DNA of 64,000 nt from Candidatus Omnitrophota bacterium (lineage in GTDB: Bacteria; Omnitrophota; Gorgyraeia; Gygaellales; Profunditerraquicolaceae): the NCBI GenBank assembly GCA_049275655.1, contig JBASUY010000030.1, positions 78,446-142,445 of the forward strand, written 5' to 3'. The notes under the pieces were generated by a model. The model saw only the letters and a list, made by a program, of their open reading frames with translations. It had not been told where the DNA came from and did not search any database. Below are positions 1-9,843 of the stretch, piece by piece; the first letter of the stretch is position 1, and the number at the start of each line of letters is the position of its first letter. The translations under genes and the position numbers were made by a program.

Positions 1-428
1 CTTACCTGCCCTCCTGCTAATATCGTGCCGCCCTTATAAGGAGGATAGCAAGGGTCAGGGACAAGAGAATAATCCCCCTGATTTAAGAAGGCAAGAGGAA
101 AATGGGCTATCCCCTCTTTTGAACCGATTAAAGGGAGTATCTGGGTGTTGTAATTGAGGAATACTCCAAATCTCTTTTTATACCAAGAGGCAATTGATTG
201 ACGTAAAAGAGGCATGCCTTGGTCTAAGGCATAACGGTGGTTAGTAGGGTCAAGCGCTGCTTTATGTAAAGCATCAATTATATATTTAGGTGTTGGCTGA
301 TCAGGGTCTCCTATACCTAAATCAATGATATCACGGCCTTCAGCGCGTGCTTTTCTTTTTGCCTTATCTATCTCTAAAAAAAGATAGGGAGGCAAACTAT
401 TTAATTTTTTTGAAAGTTTAAAACTCAT
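1..428 (-). CDS. dapL: LL-diaminopimelate aminotransferase, N-terminal part (gene continues beyond window start)
   Basis: Reverse translation from the ATG at 426-428 gives MSFKLSKKLNSLPPYLFLEIDKAKRKA...DQGMPLLRQSIASWY, a class I aminotransferase N-terminus typical of DapL. It sits at the end of the dapB-dapA-dapF-lysA cluster. An AGGAGG SD lies upstream. Confidence 0.7.
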   Translation of the reverse strand, partial: MSFKLSKKLNSLPPYLFLEIDKAKRKARAEGRDIIDLGIGDPDQPTPKYIIDALHKAALDPTNHRYALDQGMPLLRQSIASWYKKRFGVFLNYNTQILPLIGSKEGIAHFPLAFLNQGDYSLVPDPCYPPYKGGTILAGGQV

Positions 429-435
429 TTATAAT

Positions 436-466
436 CCTCCTAAATTCTAGGGACAGCCCCTGTTGC
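436..466 (-). repeat. Copy 1 of a palindromic intergenic element fused to the dapL SD (minus-strand sense GCAACAGGGGCTGTCCCTAGAATTTAGGAGG)
   Basis: Near-identical sequence also found at 1283-1312 and 20046-20080. It contains the imperfect palindrome GGGGCTGTCCC followed by TAGAATTT and the SD. Confidence 0.6.
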
Positions 467-548
467 AAAACAGTTTCTTTAACAGGGGCCACCCTGCGAA
501 GCAGAGTGTCCCCTGTTATTTACTCCCCTCCTAAATCCTAAGCAATCC

Positions 549-1277
549 CTATTTTAAAACGTCTTGCATTGAATACAAACCCGCCGGCTTTTCAAAAACC
601 CATTTTGCCGCTTTTAAAGCGCCTAATGCAAATAAGTCGCGCGAATGGGCTTGGTGCTTTATCTCTATCCGCTCGGAATTAGCGCAAAAGACAACCGTAT
701 GGTCGCCTATGATATCTCCTAAACGCAGGGAATGAACCGGTATATCTTGTCCGGTTGCATTAGTTAAAACCTCTAATAATTTTTTAGCTGTCCCTGAGGG
801 AGAATCTTTTTTATGCTTATGGTGCGCTTCTATTATCTCAATGGTATAATCGCGCCCTAATTTTTTGGCTATATCAGGCAATATATCAAATAAAGTATTT
901 ATCCCAATGCTAAAGTTAGGAGAAAAGACCACGGGAATTAATTTTGAAACCTCTTTTAATTTATCTAACTGCGCTGAAGTTAATCCTGTTGTCCCTAAAA
1001 TAAGCGCTTTTTTATATTTAGCCGCGTAATCTAAAGTTATGTCCGTAGCTTCGGCAATAGTAAAGTCTATAAGTACATCTACTAAAAAGAGCCCATCAGG
1101 GTTAGAAGATATTTTAAGCTTGCCTATCTCTTTTCCTATAAGAGGCGTGCCTTTTTTCTCTAAAGCCAACGCTACTTCAAAATCCTTATCCTGCAAAGCA
1201 AGTTCAAATATACGCCTGCCCATCCTGCCACAAACGCCGGCAATGCCAAGTTTGATTACTTTTGGGTTAATCTTCAT
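549..1277 (-). CDS. dapB: 4-hydroxy-tetrahydrodipicolinate reductase
   Basis: N-terminal Rossmann motif GIAGVCGRMGRR, typical 242-aa DapB length, located in the dap cluster. Confidence 0.9.
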   Translation of the reverse strand: MKINPKVIKLGIAGVCGRMGRRIFELALQDKDFEVALALEKKGTPLIGKEIGKLKISSNPDGLFLVDVLIDFTIAEATDITLDYAAKYKKALILGTTGLTSAQLDKLKEVSKLIPVVFSPNFSIGINTLFDILPDIAKKLGRDYTIEIIEAHHKHKKDSPSGTAKKLLEVLTNATGQDIPVHSLRLGDIIGDHTVVFCANSERIEIKHQAHSRDLFALGALKAAKWVFEKPAGLYSMQDVLK

Positions 1278-1282
1278 CTCTT

Positions 1283-1312
1283 CTCCTAAATTCTAGGGAC
1301 AGTCCCTGTTGC
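1283..1312 (-). repeat. Copy 2 of the palindromic intergenic element fused to the dapB SD (GCAACAGGGACTGTCCCTAGAATTTAGGAG)
   Basis: Same element as at 436-466, lying 5-9 nt upstream of the dapB ATG. Confidence 0.6.
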
Positions 1313-1318
1313 GCTCTT

Positions 1319-2197
1319 TTATTTTAAAAGGCCATAGTCAATTAATGCCTTCTTTAATTTCTCTAGGTTTTCAGGCAACATTGATGACATCGGAAGCCTT
1401 AAATCCGGACTACACATGCCTAATAACCCCATCGCAGTTTTTACAGGAATAGGATTAGTCTCTACAAATAAAGCTTTTATTAAAGGGAGTAATTTATAGT
1501 GCATCCTCCGCGCCTCTTTAATATCCCCCTCTTTAAAAGATGTAACTAATTCTGCGGTATCAGCAGGGACAATATTCGCCGCTACTGATATAACGCCTGT
1601 TCCGCCTATACTTAAAACAGGCAGAGTCAAACTATCATCACCTGATATTAACTGAAAATTAGGCGGGCATAAGGATTTAATACGCGCCATCTGCTCCAAG
1701 CTCCCGGATGCTTCTTTAACACCAACTATATTCTTACAAGTTGTGGCTAATTTAGCTATTGTCTCAGGCTCAATATTAACCCCAGTACGCCCGGCTATAT
1801 TGTAAAGTATAAGAGGTATCTTTACAGAATCAGCCACGGCCTTAAAATGCTCATAAAGCCCTTTTTGGGTTGGGCGGTTGTAATAAGGAGAGACCTGCAA
1901 AGAGGCATCTGCCCCGGCGGAGGCGGCGTGTTTAGTCAAGGCAATAGCTTCTTCAGTTGAGTTTGAGCCTGTCCCGGCAATAACCGGTAGCCTCTTTCTT
2001 GCCTGCGCAATAACAATCTCTATTACCCGTCCATGTTCCTCAAAGGTAAGCGTTGCTGACTCTCCGGTAGTCCCGCAAGGAACAATACCGGATGTCCCGT
2101 TTTTAATTTGAAAATCAACTAACTCTTTAAGCTTATCCTCATCAACCCTTCCTTCTTTAAAAGGCGTGACCAAAGCTACAATAGAGCCCTTAAACAT
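1319..2197 (-). CDS. dapA: 4-hydroxy-tetrahydrodipicolinate synthase
   Basis: TPF...GIVPCGTTGES motif and 292-aa length fit the DapA/NAL family. Confidence 0.9.
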   Translation of the reverse strand: MFKGSIVALVTPFKEGRVDEDKLKELVDFQIKNGTSGIVPCGTTGESATLTFEEHGRVIEIVIAQARKRLPVIAGTGSNSTEEAIALTKHAASAGADASLQVSPYYNRPTQKGLYEHFKAVADSVKIPLILYNIAGRTGVNIEPETIAKLATTCKNIVGVKEASGSLEQMARIKSLCPPNFQLISGDDSLTLPVLSIGGTGVISVAANIVPADTAELVTSFKEGDIKEARRMHYKLLPLIKALFVETNPIPVKTAMGLLGMCSPDLRLPMSSMLPENLEKLKKALIDYGLLK

Positions 2198-3011
2198 AAT
2201 ATTCCCCCTTGTAAACTTTTTTTACACAACCCTCAAGCCAGATATTATTAAATAAAAAGCTATCTTTATTAAAATAAACCTTCAAAACTTCTTTACTCTT
2301 TGTCTTTACCCTGATCATTCCGGATCCTTGCGCCTTTAGGGTATAAGCGGTAATTAAAGCTGAGGCAACAGAACCTGTGCCACAGGCTAAGGTCTCTGCC
2401 TCTACCCCTCTTTCGTAAGTGCGCACGGATATAAAACCCTTACCTAAGGGCTCAACAAAATTTACGTTTGTCCCTTCAGGAGAAAATACCTTGTGGAAGC
2501 GTATATACCTTCCTAACTCCTCAACATCAATATCTTCTAATCCGTTAACAAAGATTACTGTATGGGGGACTCCGGTGTTGATAAAATTTACCCTCAATGC
2601 TCTTTTATTAAAATTAACCGGTATATTTAATTTCAAGCCCTTAGGAGAGGTAAGCTTTATCCTAACGCTACTACCTGTAATTTTACTTTCAATTATCCCT
2701 GCTTTTGTTTCAATATCTATCTCTTTAATTCCTCTGCCTTTATTTTCAGAATACCAATAAGAAGCACTTCTTGCGCCATTCCCGCACATATCAGCCTCTG
2801 AACCATCGGCATTAAAAATTCTCATCTTAATATCGGCTTTTTTTGAACCCTCCATTAAAAGCAATCCGTCAGCGCCGATGCCTAACCTACGGTTGCATAT
2901 CTTTTTAGCTAAGGAAGAGATATTTTGCTTATATCTACAAAACTGATTCGCGTCAACTACCACAAAATCATTCCCGGAGGCAACCATCTTAGTAAAATTA
3001 ATTTTTTGCAT
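2190..3011 (-). CDS. dapF: diaminopimelate epimerase
   Basis: SGNDFVVVD N-terminal motif and two catalytic Cys (MCGNG, ACGTGS). Confidence 0.9.
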   Translation of the reverse strand: MQKINFTKMVASGNDFVVVDANQFCRYKQNISSLAKKICNRRLGIGADGLLLMEGSKKADIKMRIFNADGSEADMCGNGARSASYWYSENKGRGIKEIDIETKAGIIESKITGSSVRIKLTSPKGLKLNIPVNFNKRALRVNFINTGVPHTVIFVNGLEDIDVEELGRYIRFHKVFSPEGTNVNFVEPLGKGFISVRTYERGVEAETLACGTGSVASALITAYTLKAQGSGMIRVKTKSKEVLKVYFNKDSFLFNNIWLEGCVKKVYKGEYYV

Positions 3012-3013
3012 AA

Positions 3014-4276
3014 TTATCTTTTTAAAAGAAACGAAGGCACAACTTCATTACGGATTAAATCCTGAAAACCTTCTCTTCTTCTAATTATAGAAACTTTTTT
3101 CCCTTTAACCATAACCTCAGCCGGCCTAAGCCGAGAATTATAATTACTTGACATACTAAAACCATAAGCGCCTGAACCCATTATCGCAAGTAGGCTGCCT
3201 TCTTTTAATTTAGGCAAGGCTCTATCTTTAGCAAAAAAATCTCCACTCTCGCATATAGGCCCGACAATATCTACTCTCTCCTTTACTTGCCTATCTTTAT
3301 TCAAAGGGAGTATCTGATGATAAGCATCGTACAAAGAGGGGCGAATTAAATCATTCATCCCTGCGTCTACAATCACAAATTTTTTCTTTGGCGTAATCTT
3401 AATATATAATACTTTTGTAACTAAGATGCCCGAATTCCCGGCGATAAATCTCCCCGGCTCCATGATTATCTTTAGTTTTGTTTTTTTAAGAAGAGGCAAA
3501 ATATTTTTTGCAAAAATTTTAGCTGTCTGAGGAGTTTCATTATTGTAGATTATCCCTAAGCCCCCGCCTATATTAAGATACTCAATAATAATGCCGTCTT
3601 TTTTAAGGGCATTGATAAAGAAAATAACCTTATTAACTGCCGATATATAAGGAGCGCTCTCGGTTATCTGCGAGCCTATATGGATGTGCAATCCTGAAAT
3701 CTTTATATGCGAAAAAGCCCTGCGCATAAGGAGTATCTGGCGGGCACTTTTAAGGTCAATGCCGAATTTATTAGTTAATTTACCTGTAGTTATATATTTA
3801 TGCGTCTTAGGCTCTACATCAGGGTTAATGCGTATCGCTACCTTAACAACCTTGTTTAACTTCCCGGCGATGCGATTGATTAACTCTAACTCCGGAAGAG
3901 ACTCAACGTTAAAAAATAAAATCCCTCTTCTTATCGCTTCCTCTATTTCTTCTTTAGTTTTACCTACTGAGGCATAAACTATTTTTTCAGGGCTACAACC
4001 TGCCTTAAGCGCGCGATATAGCTCTCCGCCTGAAACTATATCTAACCCCGCTCCCCTATTCACTAAAGCGCGTAGAACTGCAAGGTTAGAGTTTGCCTTT
4101 ACCGAATAACAGATAAGCGGGTTAAGTGGTTTAAAGGCATCTTTTAATTTTAAGAAATGGCTGATTAGGGTATTGTAGCTATAGATATAAAGCGGGCTGC
4201 CAAACTTTACAGCTAAATCTTCAACTTTTAAACCTTCGCAATAAAGATTATTCTTCTTGTAGGTAAATTCGTGCAT
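3014..4276 (-). CDS. lysA: diaminopimelate decarboxylase
   Basis: PLP-dependent Orn/DAP decarboxylase fold (YSVKAN, GGGLGI, CESGD), 420 aa, follows dapF. Confidence 0.9.
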   Translation of the reverse strand: MHEFTYKKNNLYCEGLKVEDLAVKFGSPLYIYSYNTLISHFLKLKDAFKPLNPLICYSVKANSNLAVLRALVNRGAGLDIVSGGELYRALKAGCSPEKIVYASVGKTKEEIEEAIRRGILFFNVESLPELELINRIAGKLNKVVKVAIRINPDVEPKTHKYITTGKLTNKFGIDLKSARQILLMRRAFSHIKISGLHIHIGSQITESAPYISAVNKVIFFINALKKDGIIIEYLNIGGGLGIIYNNETPQTAKIFAKNILPLLKKTKLKIIMEPGRFIAGNSGILVTKVLYIKITPKKKFVIVDAGMNDLIRPSLYDAYHQILPLNKDRQVKERVDIVGPICESGDFFAKDRALPKLKEGSLLAIMGSGAYGFSMSSNYNSRLRPAEVMVKGKKVSIIRRREGFQDLIRNEVVPSFLLKR

Positions 4277-5662
4277 TTATTTTTTTATTAAGGACTTATA
4301 CCATTTACTTAATTGTCGTCCTACTTGATTTAAGCTCGTTCCTCCGTAAGATTTTTTAAGGTTTACAGAGGCTTTAGGTTTTAATATATTTTTAAGGTCA
4401 GGGCTAAGTTTAAGAGAATACCTATGCAACTCTTGAGGCGTTAAGGATGATATTTTTATCCCTTTATCAAGGCAATCCTTAACCATTCTGCCTACAATAT
4501 CATGGGCCTGCCTATAAGAAACTCCTTTTTTAATCAAATACTCTACTATATCTACAGAGAATAATGACTCATCTTTTATCTTCTGGGCAATTGCCTCATT
4601 TTTGATTGTAATCTTCTTAAAAAGAGGGATAAAAATCTCTAACATACTTTTAACTGTATCTATCGCATCAAATAACGGAGGCTTATCTAACTGTAAATCC
4701 CTATTATACGAGGTAGGAAGCCCCTTCATCAGTATTAATACGCTCGTTAAATTACCTTGGACCTTTCCTACTGAGCCTCTGATTAACTCAAGTATATCGG
4801 GGTTTTTCTTATGCGGCATGATGCTTGAACCGGTGCAAAAAGAAAAATCTATATCTATAAAAGAGAACTCTTTTGTGGACCATAAGATTAAATCCTCTGC
4901 CATGCGCGAGAGATGAACCGAAAGTATGGCGAGCGCAGATAAAAACTCTATAATAAAATCCCTGTCGCTTACGCTGTCAATACTATTTGCAGTTATATTT
5001 TTAAAACCAAGCTCTTTGGCGACATAATTACGGTCAATATTTAATCCTGTCCCTGAAAAAGCACATGCCCCTAAGGGCATATAATCTATCCTCTTCTTAG
5101 CATCGAGTATCCTTTGCTTATCCCTCTCTAAACCTTCAATATAACTTAAAAAATGGTGTGCCAATAGTACGCATTGGGCGACCTGAAGGTGGGTATATCC
5201 GGGAATAATAATATTCTTATTATTTTTTGCAAGCTTAAGGATAGCCTTTTGCAGTTGAGTAATTAAATCTGTTAAATCGCCTGCCTCTTTCTTTATATAC
5301 ATCCTTATATCTAAGGCAATCTGGTCGTTCCTTGACCTTGCAGTATGTAATTTATGCGCAGGCTTACCAATCCTTTTAAAAAGCAAGCTCTGTATATTTG
5401 AGTGTATATCCTCGGCATTTAAATCAAACTTAAAATTTCCTCTTTTAAGGTCTGTTAGAATAGCCTTAAGCCCTTTTACTATCAATTTAGAATCTGCCGA
5501 AGGAATAATCTTCTGCCTGCCTAACATCTTAGCGTGGGCAATACTGCCTAAGATATCGTATTCTGCCAGCCTTTTATCAAAGGATATGCTTGAGGTAAAC
5601 TTATCGGTTAATGCATTCGTCTTCTTAGAGAACCTTGAACCCCATAATTTTTTAGACATCAA
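4277..5662 (-). CDS. argH: argininosuccinate lyase
   Basis: Fumarate-lyase family signature GSSIMPHKKNP, 461 aa, located in the arg operon. Confidence 0.92.
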   Translation of the reverse strand: MMSKKLWGSRFSKKTNALTDKFTSSISFDKRLAEYDILGSIAHAKMLGRQKIIPSADSKLIVKGLKAILTDLKRGNFKFDLNAEDIHSNIQSLLFKRIGKPAHKLHTARSRNDQIALDIRMYIKKEAGDLTDLITQLQKAILKLAKNNKNIIIPGYTHLQVAQCVLLAHHFLSYIEGLERDKQRILDAKKRIDYMPLGACAFSGTGLNIDRNYVAKELGFKNITANSIDSVSDRDFIIEFLSALAILSVHLSRMAEDLILWSTKEFSFIDIDFSFCTGSSIMPHKKNPDILELIRGSVGKVQGNLTSVLILMKGLPTSYNRDLQLDKPPLFDAIDTVKSMLEIFIPLFKKITIKNEAIAQKIKDESLFSVDIVEYLIKKGVSYRQAHDIVGRMVKDCLDKGIKISSLTPQELHRYSLKLSPDLKNILKPKASVNLKKSYGGTSLNQVGRQLSKWYKSLIKK

Positions 5663-5675
5663 CTCTCCTTTTATA

Positions 5676-6857
5676 TTATGACTTATAGGGCATGCCCCAA
5701 ATTTTAATAAACCCTTCGGCTAATCTTTGGTCAAATTTATCTTCTTTGCCGTAGGTGCTGAGCTCTTTTTTATAAAGCGAGTGCTTAGAGGTTCTTGATA
5801 CTGCTACGCAGTTGCCCTTAAATAATTTTAACTTTATGGAGCCGGTTACGTTCTTTTGAGTTATGCTAACAAATTTATCCAATGCCTCTCTTAAAGGAGA
5901 AAACCATAAACCATTATATACTAATTCCGAATACTTTAAAGACACAATCTCCTTAAAGTGCGCTAACTCCCTATCTAAGACTAGCGATTCAAGCTCTTTA
6001 TGCGCAGTATGCAGAATAACTGCGGCAGGCGCCTCATAGACCTCACGGGACTTTATTCCCACAAGCCGGTTTTCAATCATATCTACCCTGCCAATGCCAT
6101 GTAATCCACCGATTTCATTTAAATAACTGACGAGATCCTTTAACTTATAGTTTTTACCGTCTATCTTCTTAGGGACCCCCTTTTCGAAATATACTTCAAT
6201 ATACTTAGGATAACTTAGCTGAAGCGTAGGCTTTTTTGTAATTATATAAGTATCCTCCGGCGGCTCCTGTTCTAAATCCTCCAATACTCCCGCCTCAATA
6301 CTTATACCCCAGATATTTCTGTCTATACTGTAAGGTTTTTTCTTAGTAACATCTATGGGTATATTGTGTTTTTTAGCGTATTCTATTTCTTCTTCTCTAG
6401 ACTTAAACTCCCAAACCCTTACCGGAGCGATTATATTAAGATTAGGGGCTAATGTAGCCGCACCGACCTCAAGCCGAACCTGATCATTGCCTTTACCGGT
6501 ACAACCATGGGCTACGGCACCTGCCTTTTCTTTACGCGCTATTTCAACTAAGTATTTTGCGATTAAAGGCCTACCTAAGGCAGTAGCCAATAGATACTTT
6601 CCTTCGTAAACAGCGCCGGCTAAAAGAGCAGGAATACAATAATCTTTAAGAAACTCGTCTTGCAAGTCTTTAATATATACCTTTGCGGCTCCGGCAGATA
6701 AAGCCCTATCTTCAATAGCATTTAAGTCCTCGCCCCTGCCTAAACCTTGGCCAAGGTCAGCCATAAAACATACAACCTCATACCCTAAGTCTTTAAGCCA
6801 CCTTACTATGCAAGAAGTATCTAACCCGCCGGAATACGCTAATACAACTTTTTTCAT
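5676..6857 (-). CDS. argG: argininosuccinate synthase
   Basis: AYSGGLDTS PP-loop motif, 393 aa. Confidence 0.92.
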   Translation of the reverse strand: MKKVVLAYSGGLDTSCIVRWLKDLGYEVVCFMADLGQGLGRGEDLNAIEDRALSAGAAKVYIKDLQDEFLKDYCIPALLAGAVYEGKYLLATALGRPLIAKYLVEIARKEKAGAVAHGCTGKGNDQVRLEVGAATLAPNLNIIAPVRVWEFKSREEEIEYAKKHNIPIDVTKKKPYSIDRNIWGISIEAGVLEDLEQEPPEDTYIITKKPTLQLSYPKYIEVYFEKGVPKKIDGKNYKLKDLVSYLNEIGGLHGIGRVDMIENRLVGIKSREVYEAPAAVILHTAHKELESLVLDRELAHFKEIVSLKYSELVYNGLWFSPLREALDKFVSITQKNVTGSIKLKLFKGNCVAVSRTSKHSLYKKELSTYGKEDKFDQRLAEGFIKIWGMPYKS

Positions 6858-6871
6858 CTCTCCCTCATCCT

Positions 6872-7795
6872 TTAATCTATTTTTAATAATTTTATCAGCA
6901 CCGCTTTTTGAACGTGCAACCTATTCTCTGCCTGATCAAAGACAACCGAGTTATTGCTGTCTAAAACTTCATCGGTTATCTCTTCGCCTCTATGTGCAGG
7001 CAAGCAATGCATTACAAGCACGTTATCCTTAGCCAGTTTTAACAAAGTTTTATTTACTTGGAAGCTCTCAAAAGCCTTCTTTCTTGTTAAAGACTCTTCC
7101 TCTTGCCCCATACTCGCCCAGACATCAGTATAGATTACATCTGCGTTCCTTGCTGCATCCTGAGCATTATCAAATAGGTTAATAGTTGAGTTATTTACCT
7201 TCGCCTCTGCTTTGGCATTTTTAAAGACTGTTTCTTGCGGCTGATAACCGCAAGGAGATGCAACATTCATATTAACCCCTAGCTTAGCGCAGGCAAAGAG
7301 GAGTGAATTACAGACATTATTCCCGTCGCCGATATAGGCTAAGGTTATATTTTTGAAGCTCTTTAGCTTCTCTCTTATAGTGAAAAGGTCTGCTAGGGCT
7401 TGACAGGGATGAGAAAAATCAGACAAACCGTTTATAACCGAGATAGAAGCAGAGGAAGCCATCTTTAAACAGGTATCATGCTCAAAAGTTCTCAAGACTA
7501 TTCCGTTAAGATACCTAGATAAGGTCTTGGCAACATCAGCTATTGATTCTCTTACTCCTAAATTTATCTCTTCAGGAGAAAGATAAAGCGCATTGCCTCC
7601 TAATTGGTACATACCTACCTCAAAAGAGACCCTGGTCCTATTAGACGGCTTTTGAAATATTAACCCTAAAGTTTTTCCTTTTAAAGTTTTAGCAAACCTA
7701 TTGCTATTCTTCTTAAGCTTATCAGTAAGTAAAAATACCCCGGTTATCTCTTGAGTAGTTAAATCCTTAATAGAAACTAAATCTTTTTTCATCAT
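6872..7795 (-). CDS. argF: ornithine carbamoyltransferase
   Basis: STRTR carbamoyl-phosphate motif and HCLP motif, 307 aa, arg operon context. Confidence 0.85.
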   Translation of the reverse strand: MMKKDLVSIKDLTTQEITGVFLLTDKLKKNSNRFAKTLKGKTLGLIFQKPSNRTRVSFEVGMYQLGGNALYLSPEEINLGVRESIADVAKTLSRYLNGIVLRTFEHDTCLKMASSASISVINGLSDFSHPCQALADLFTIREKLKSFKNITLAYIGDGNNVCNSLLFACAKLGVNMNVASPCGYQPQETVFKNAKAEAKVNNSTINLFDNAQDAARNADVIYTDVWASMGQEEESLTRKKAFESFQVNKTLLKLAKDNVLVMHCLPAHRGEEITDEVLDSNNSVVFDQAENRLHVQKAVLIKLLKID

Positions 7796-8982
7796 CTCTC
7801 CTCGTAAGGAACATCCCCTAGTGCGCTATCTAAGGTAGAAATGGCTTTGACTATCTCCTTCTTTTTTACATTTAAGGCTGGCATTAGCCTTAGGACCCTC
7901 TCCTGAGTACAGTTAATCAACAACCCTCTATTCATACAACTCTGCACTATCGCCTTACCTTCAACCTTTAACTCAACCCCTACCATTAAACCTATGCCTC
8001 TTACATCTTTTATAACCTCATACTTATCTTTAAGCGCATTAAGCAGGGTAAACATATATTCGCCCATCTTTTGGGCATTAATAAGTAATTTTTCTTTTTT
8101 TATCGCCCTTAAGACGGCAATCGCAGCCTTACAGATTACCGGGCCTCCGCCAAAAGTAGAAGCATGGGTGCCTGCGGTTAAGGTATCTGCGATATCTTTC
8201 TTAACTAACATGCAACCTATAGGCATCCCTGCACCAAGGGCTTTTGCCAAAGTCATAATATCCGGGGTTATTCCATAATGTTGATAAGAGAATAACTTCC
8301 CGGTCCTACCGATTCCGGTCTGCACTTCATCTATAATCAAAAGTAAGTTCTTCTCATCGCATAACTTTCTTAAACCCAAAACAAAATCCTTATCTGCTAC
8401 GTTTATGCCTCCTTCTCCTTGAATAAGCTCAAGCATAATCCCTATAGTCTTATCAGTTATTGCGTCTTTAACTGCCTGAAGGTCATTAAACTTAACCGCC
8501 TTAAACCCTTGCAATAAGGGCTCGAAACCCTGCTGGTACTTCTTCTGCCCTGTAGCACTTAAGGTAGCCATTGTCCTGCCATGAAAAGAACCCTCAAATG
8601 TAATTATCTCATACCTTCCGGCGCCAAACTTACGCGCAAATTTTATTGCTGCTTCATTCGCCTCTGCTCCAGAATTACAAAAAAATACCTTGGCAGGAAA
8701 AGAAGATGCTACTAACTCCTTTGCCAACCTTGCCTGAGGGATATGGTAATAATTATTAGGGATAAAGATCAACCTTGATACCTGGTCTCTTATTGCTGAC
8801 ATAACCTTAGAATGGCAGTGCCCTAAGTTCCCCACGCCCCAACCCGGGAAAAAATCCAAATAAGGATTGTTATGAATATCCCACAACCTTGAACCCTTAC
8901 CCTTTACAAAGATTAAAGGCGACTTTGAGTAAGTAGGCATTATACTTTCTTGATAGCTATCAAAAATCTCTTCTTTTCTCAT
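7792..8982 (-). CDS. argD: acetylornithine aminotransferase
   Basis: Class III aminotransferase (DEVQTGIGRTG, PLP Lys region), arg operon context. Confidence 0.85.
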   Translation of the reverse strand: MRKEEIFDSYQESIMPTYSKSPLIFVKGKGSRLWDIHNNPYLDFFPGWGVGNLGHCHSKVMSAIRDQVSRLIFIPNNYYHIPQARLAKELVASSFPAKVFFCNSGAEANEAAIKFARKFGAGRYEIITFEGSFHGRTMATLSATGQKKYQQGFEPLLQGFKAVKFNDLQAVKDAITDKTIGIMLELIQGEGGINVADKDFVLGLRKLCDEKNLLLIIDEVQTGIGRTGKLFSYQHYGITPDIMTLAKALGAGMPIGCMLVKKDIADTLTAGTHASTFGGGPVICKAAIAVLRAIKKEKLLINAQKMGEYMFTLLNALKDKYEVIKDVRGIGLMVGVELKVEGKAIVQSCMNRGLLINCTQERVLRLMPALNVKKKEIVKAISTLDSALGDVPYEER

Positions 8983-9843
8983 TTATTTTATTATCTCCGT
9001 ACCAATCCCGGTATCTGTAAATATTTCTAATAAAAGCCCATGCGGAGTGCGCGCGTCAATGATGTGCGTTTTATTAACCCCTCTTTCTAAAGCCTCTATA
9101 CAAGCCTTAACTTTAGGAATCATCCCCTGCTGAATTATATTCTCTTCAATAAGACTTAAGACCTCCTCGGTATTCAAGGTAGAAAGAAATGAGTTAGAGT
9201 CCTCAGGATTTCTTAATATGCCTTTAACATTAGTTAAGAGAACAAACTTCTCAGCTTTTAAAGCTCCGGCGATACTAGATGCTGCTTCATCTGCATTTAC
9301 ATTATAAATCTTTTTATCCTTTCCTATGCCCATAGGAAGAACTACTACTATCTTATTCTTTTTTAATTCTGCATCAAGAAGCTCTGTATTTATCCCGGAA
9401 ATACGCCCTACTAGCCCTAAATCTATCTTTGCCATTTTCTTTTCAGCCTGAATCAACCTAACATCTCTCCCATTTAAACCTATTGCCTTAGCCCCGAATT
9501 CATTTAGCTCTTTGACTATAGTATAATTTAAGCTCTTAAGCTCCTCTTCTACTATACTTAAGGTCTCTTTATCCGTAACACGCATACCGTCTACAAATTC
9601 AGTTTTTTTTCCGCTAGAACGAATTCGGTCGCTTATATTAGGTCCTCCTCCGTGGACTAAGACAGGGCGCAAGCCCATAAAGCTTAAAAAAACTATATCC
9701 TCTAACACCCCTTTACGGATCTTCTCTTCTCCTAAGATACTTCCGCCATATTTAATTACAATTGTCTTTTTCTGAAACCTCTTTATATAAGGGAGTGCTT
9801 CTATTAAAACATCCGCCTTCTTAATCGCTTCTTCCATCATCAA
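8983..9843 (-). CDS. argB: acetylglutamate kinase
   Basis: Amino acid kinase fold (IVIKYGGS, VHGGGP), 286 aa. Confidence 0.9.
   Translation of the reverse strand: MMMEEAIKKADVLIEALPYIKRFQKKTIVIKYGGSILGEEKIRKGVLEDIVFLSFMGLRPVLVHGGGPNISDRIRSSGKKTEFVDGMRVTDKETLSIVEEELKSLNYTIVKELNEFGAKAIGLNGRDVRLIQAEKKMAKIDLGLVGRISGINTELLDAELKKNKIVVVLPMGIGKDKKIYNVNADEAASSIAGALKAEKFVLLTNVKGILRNPEDSNSFLSTLNTEEVLSLIEENIIQQGMIPKVKACIEALERGVNKTHIIDARTPHGLLLEIFTDTGIGTEIIK

Noticed and set aside
429-548. Lysine (L-box) riboswitch upstream of the dap genes
   Set aside because: The spacer is only 120 nt and lacks the conserved L-box helices and motifs. The structure present is a different, much smaller element.
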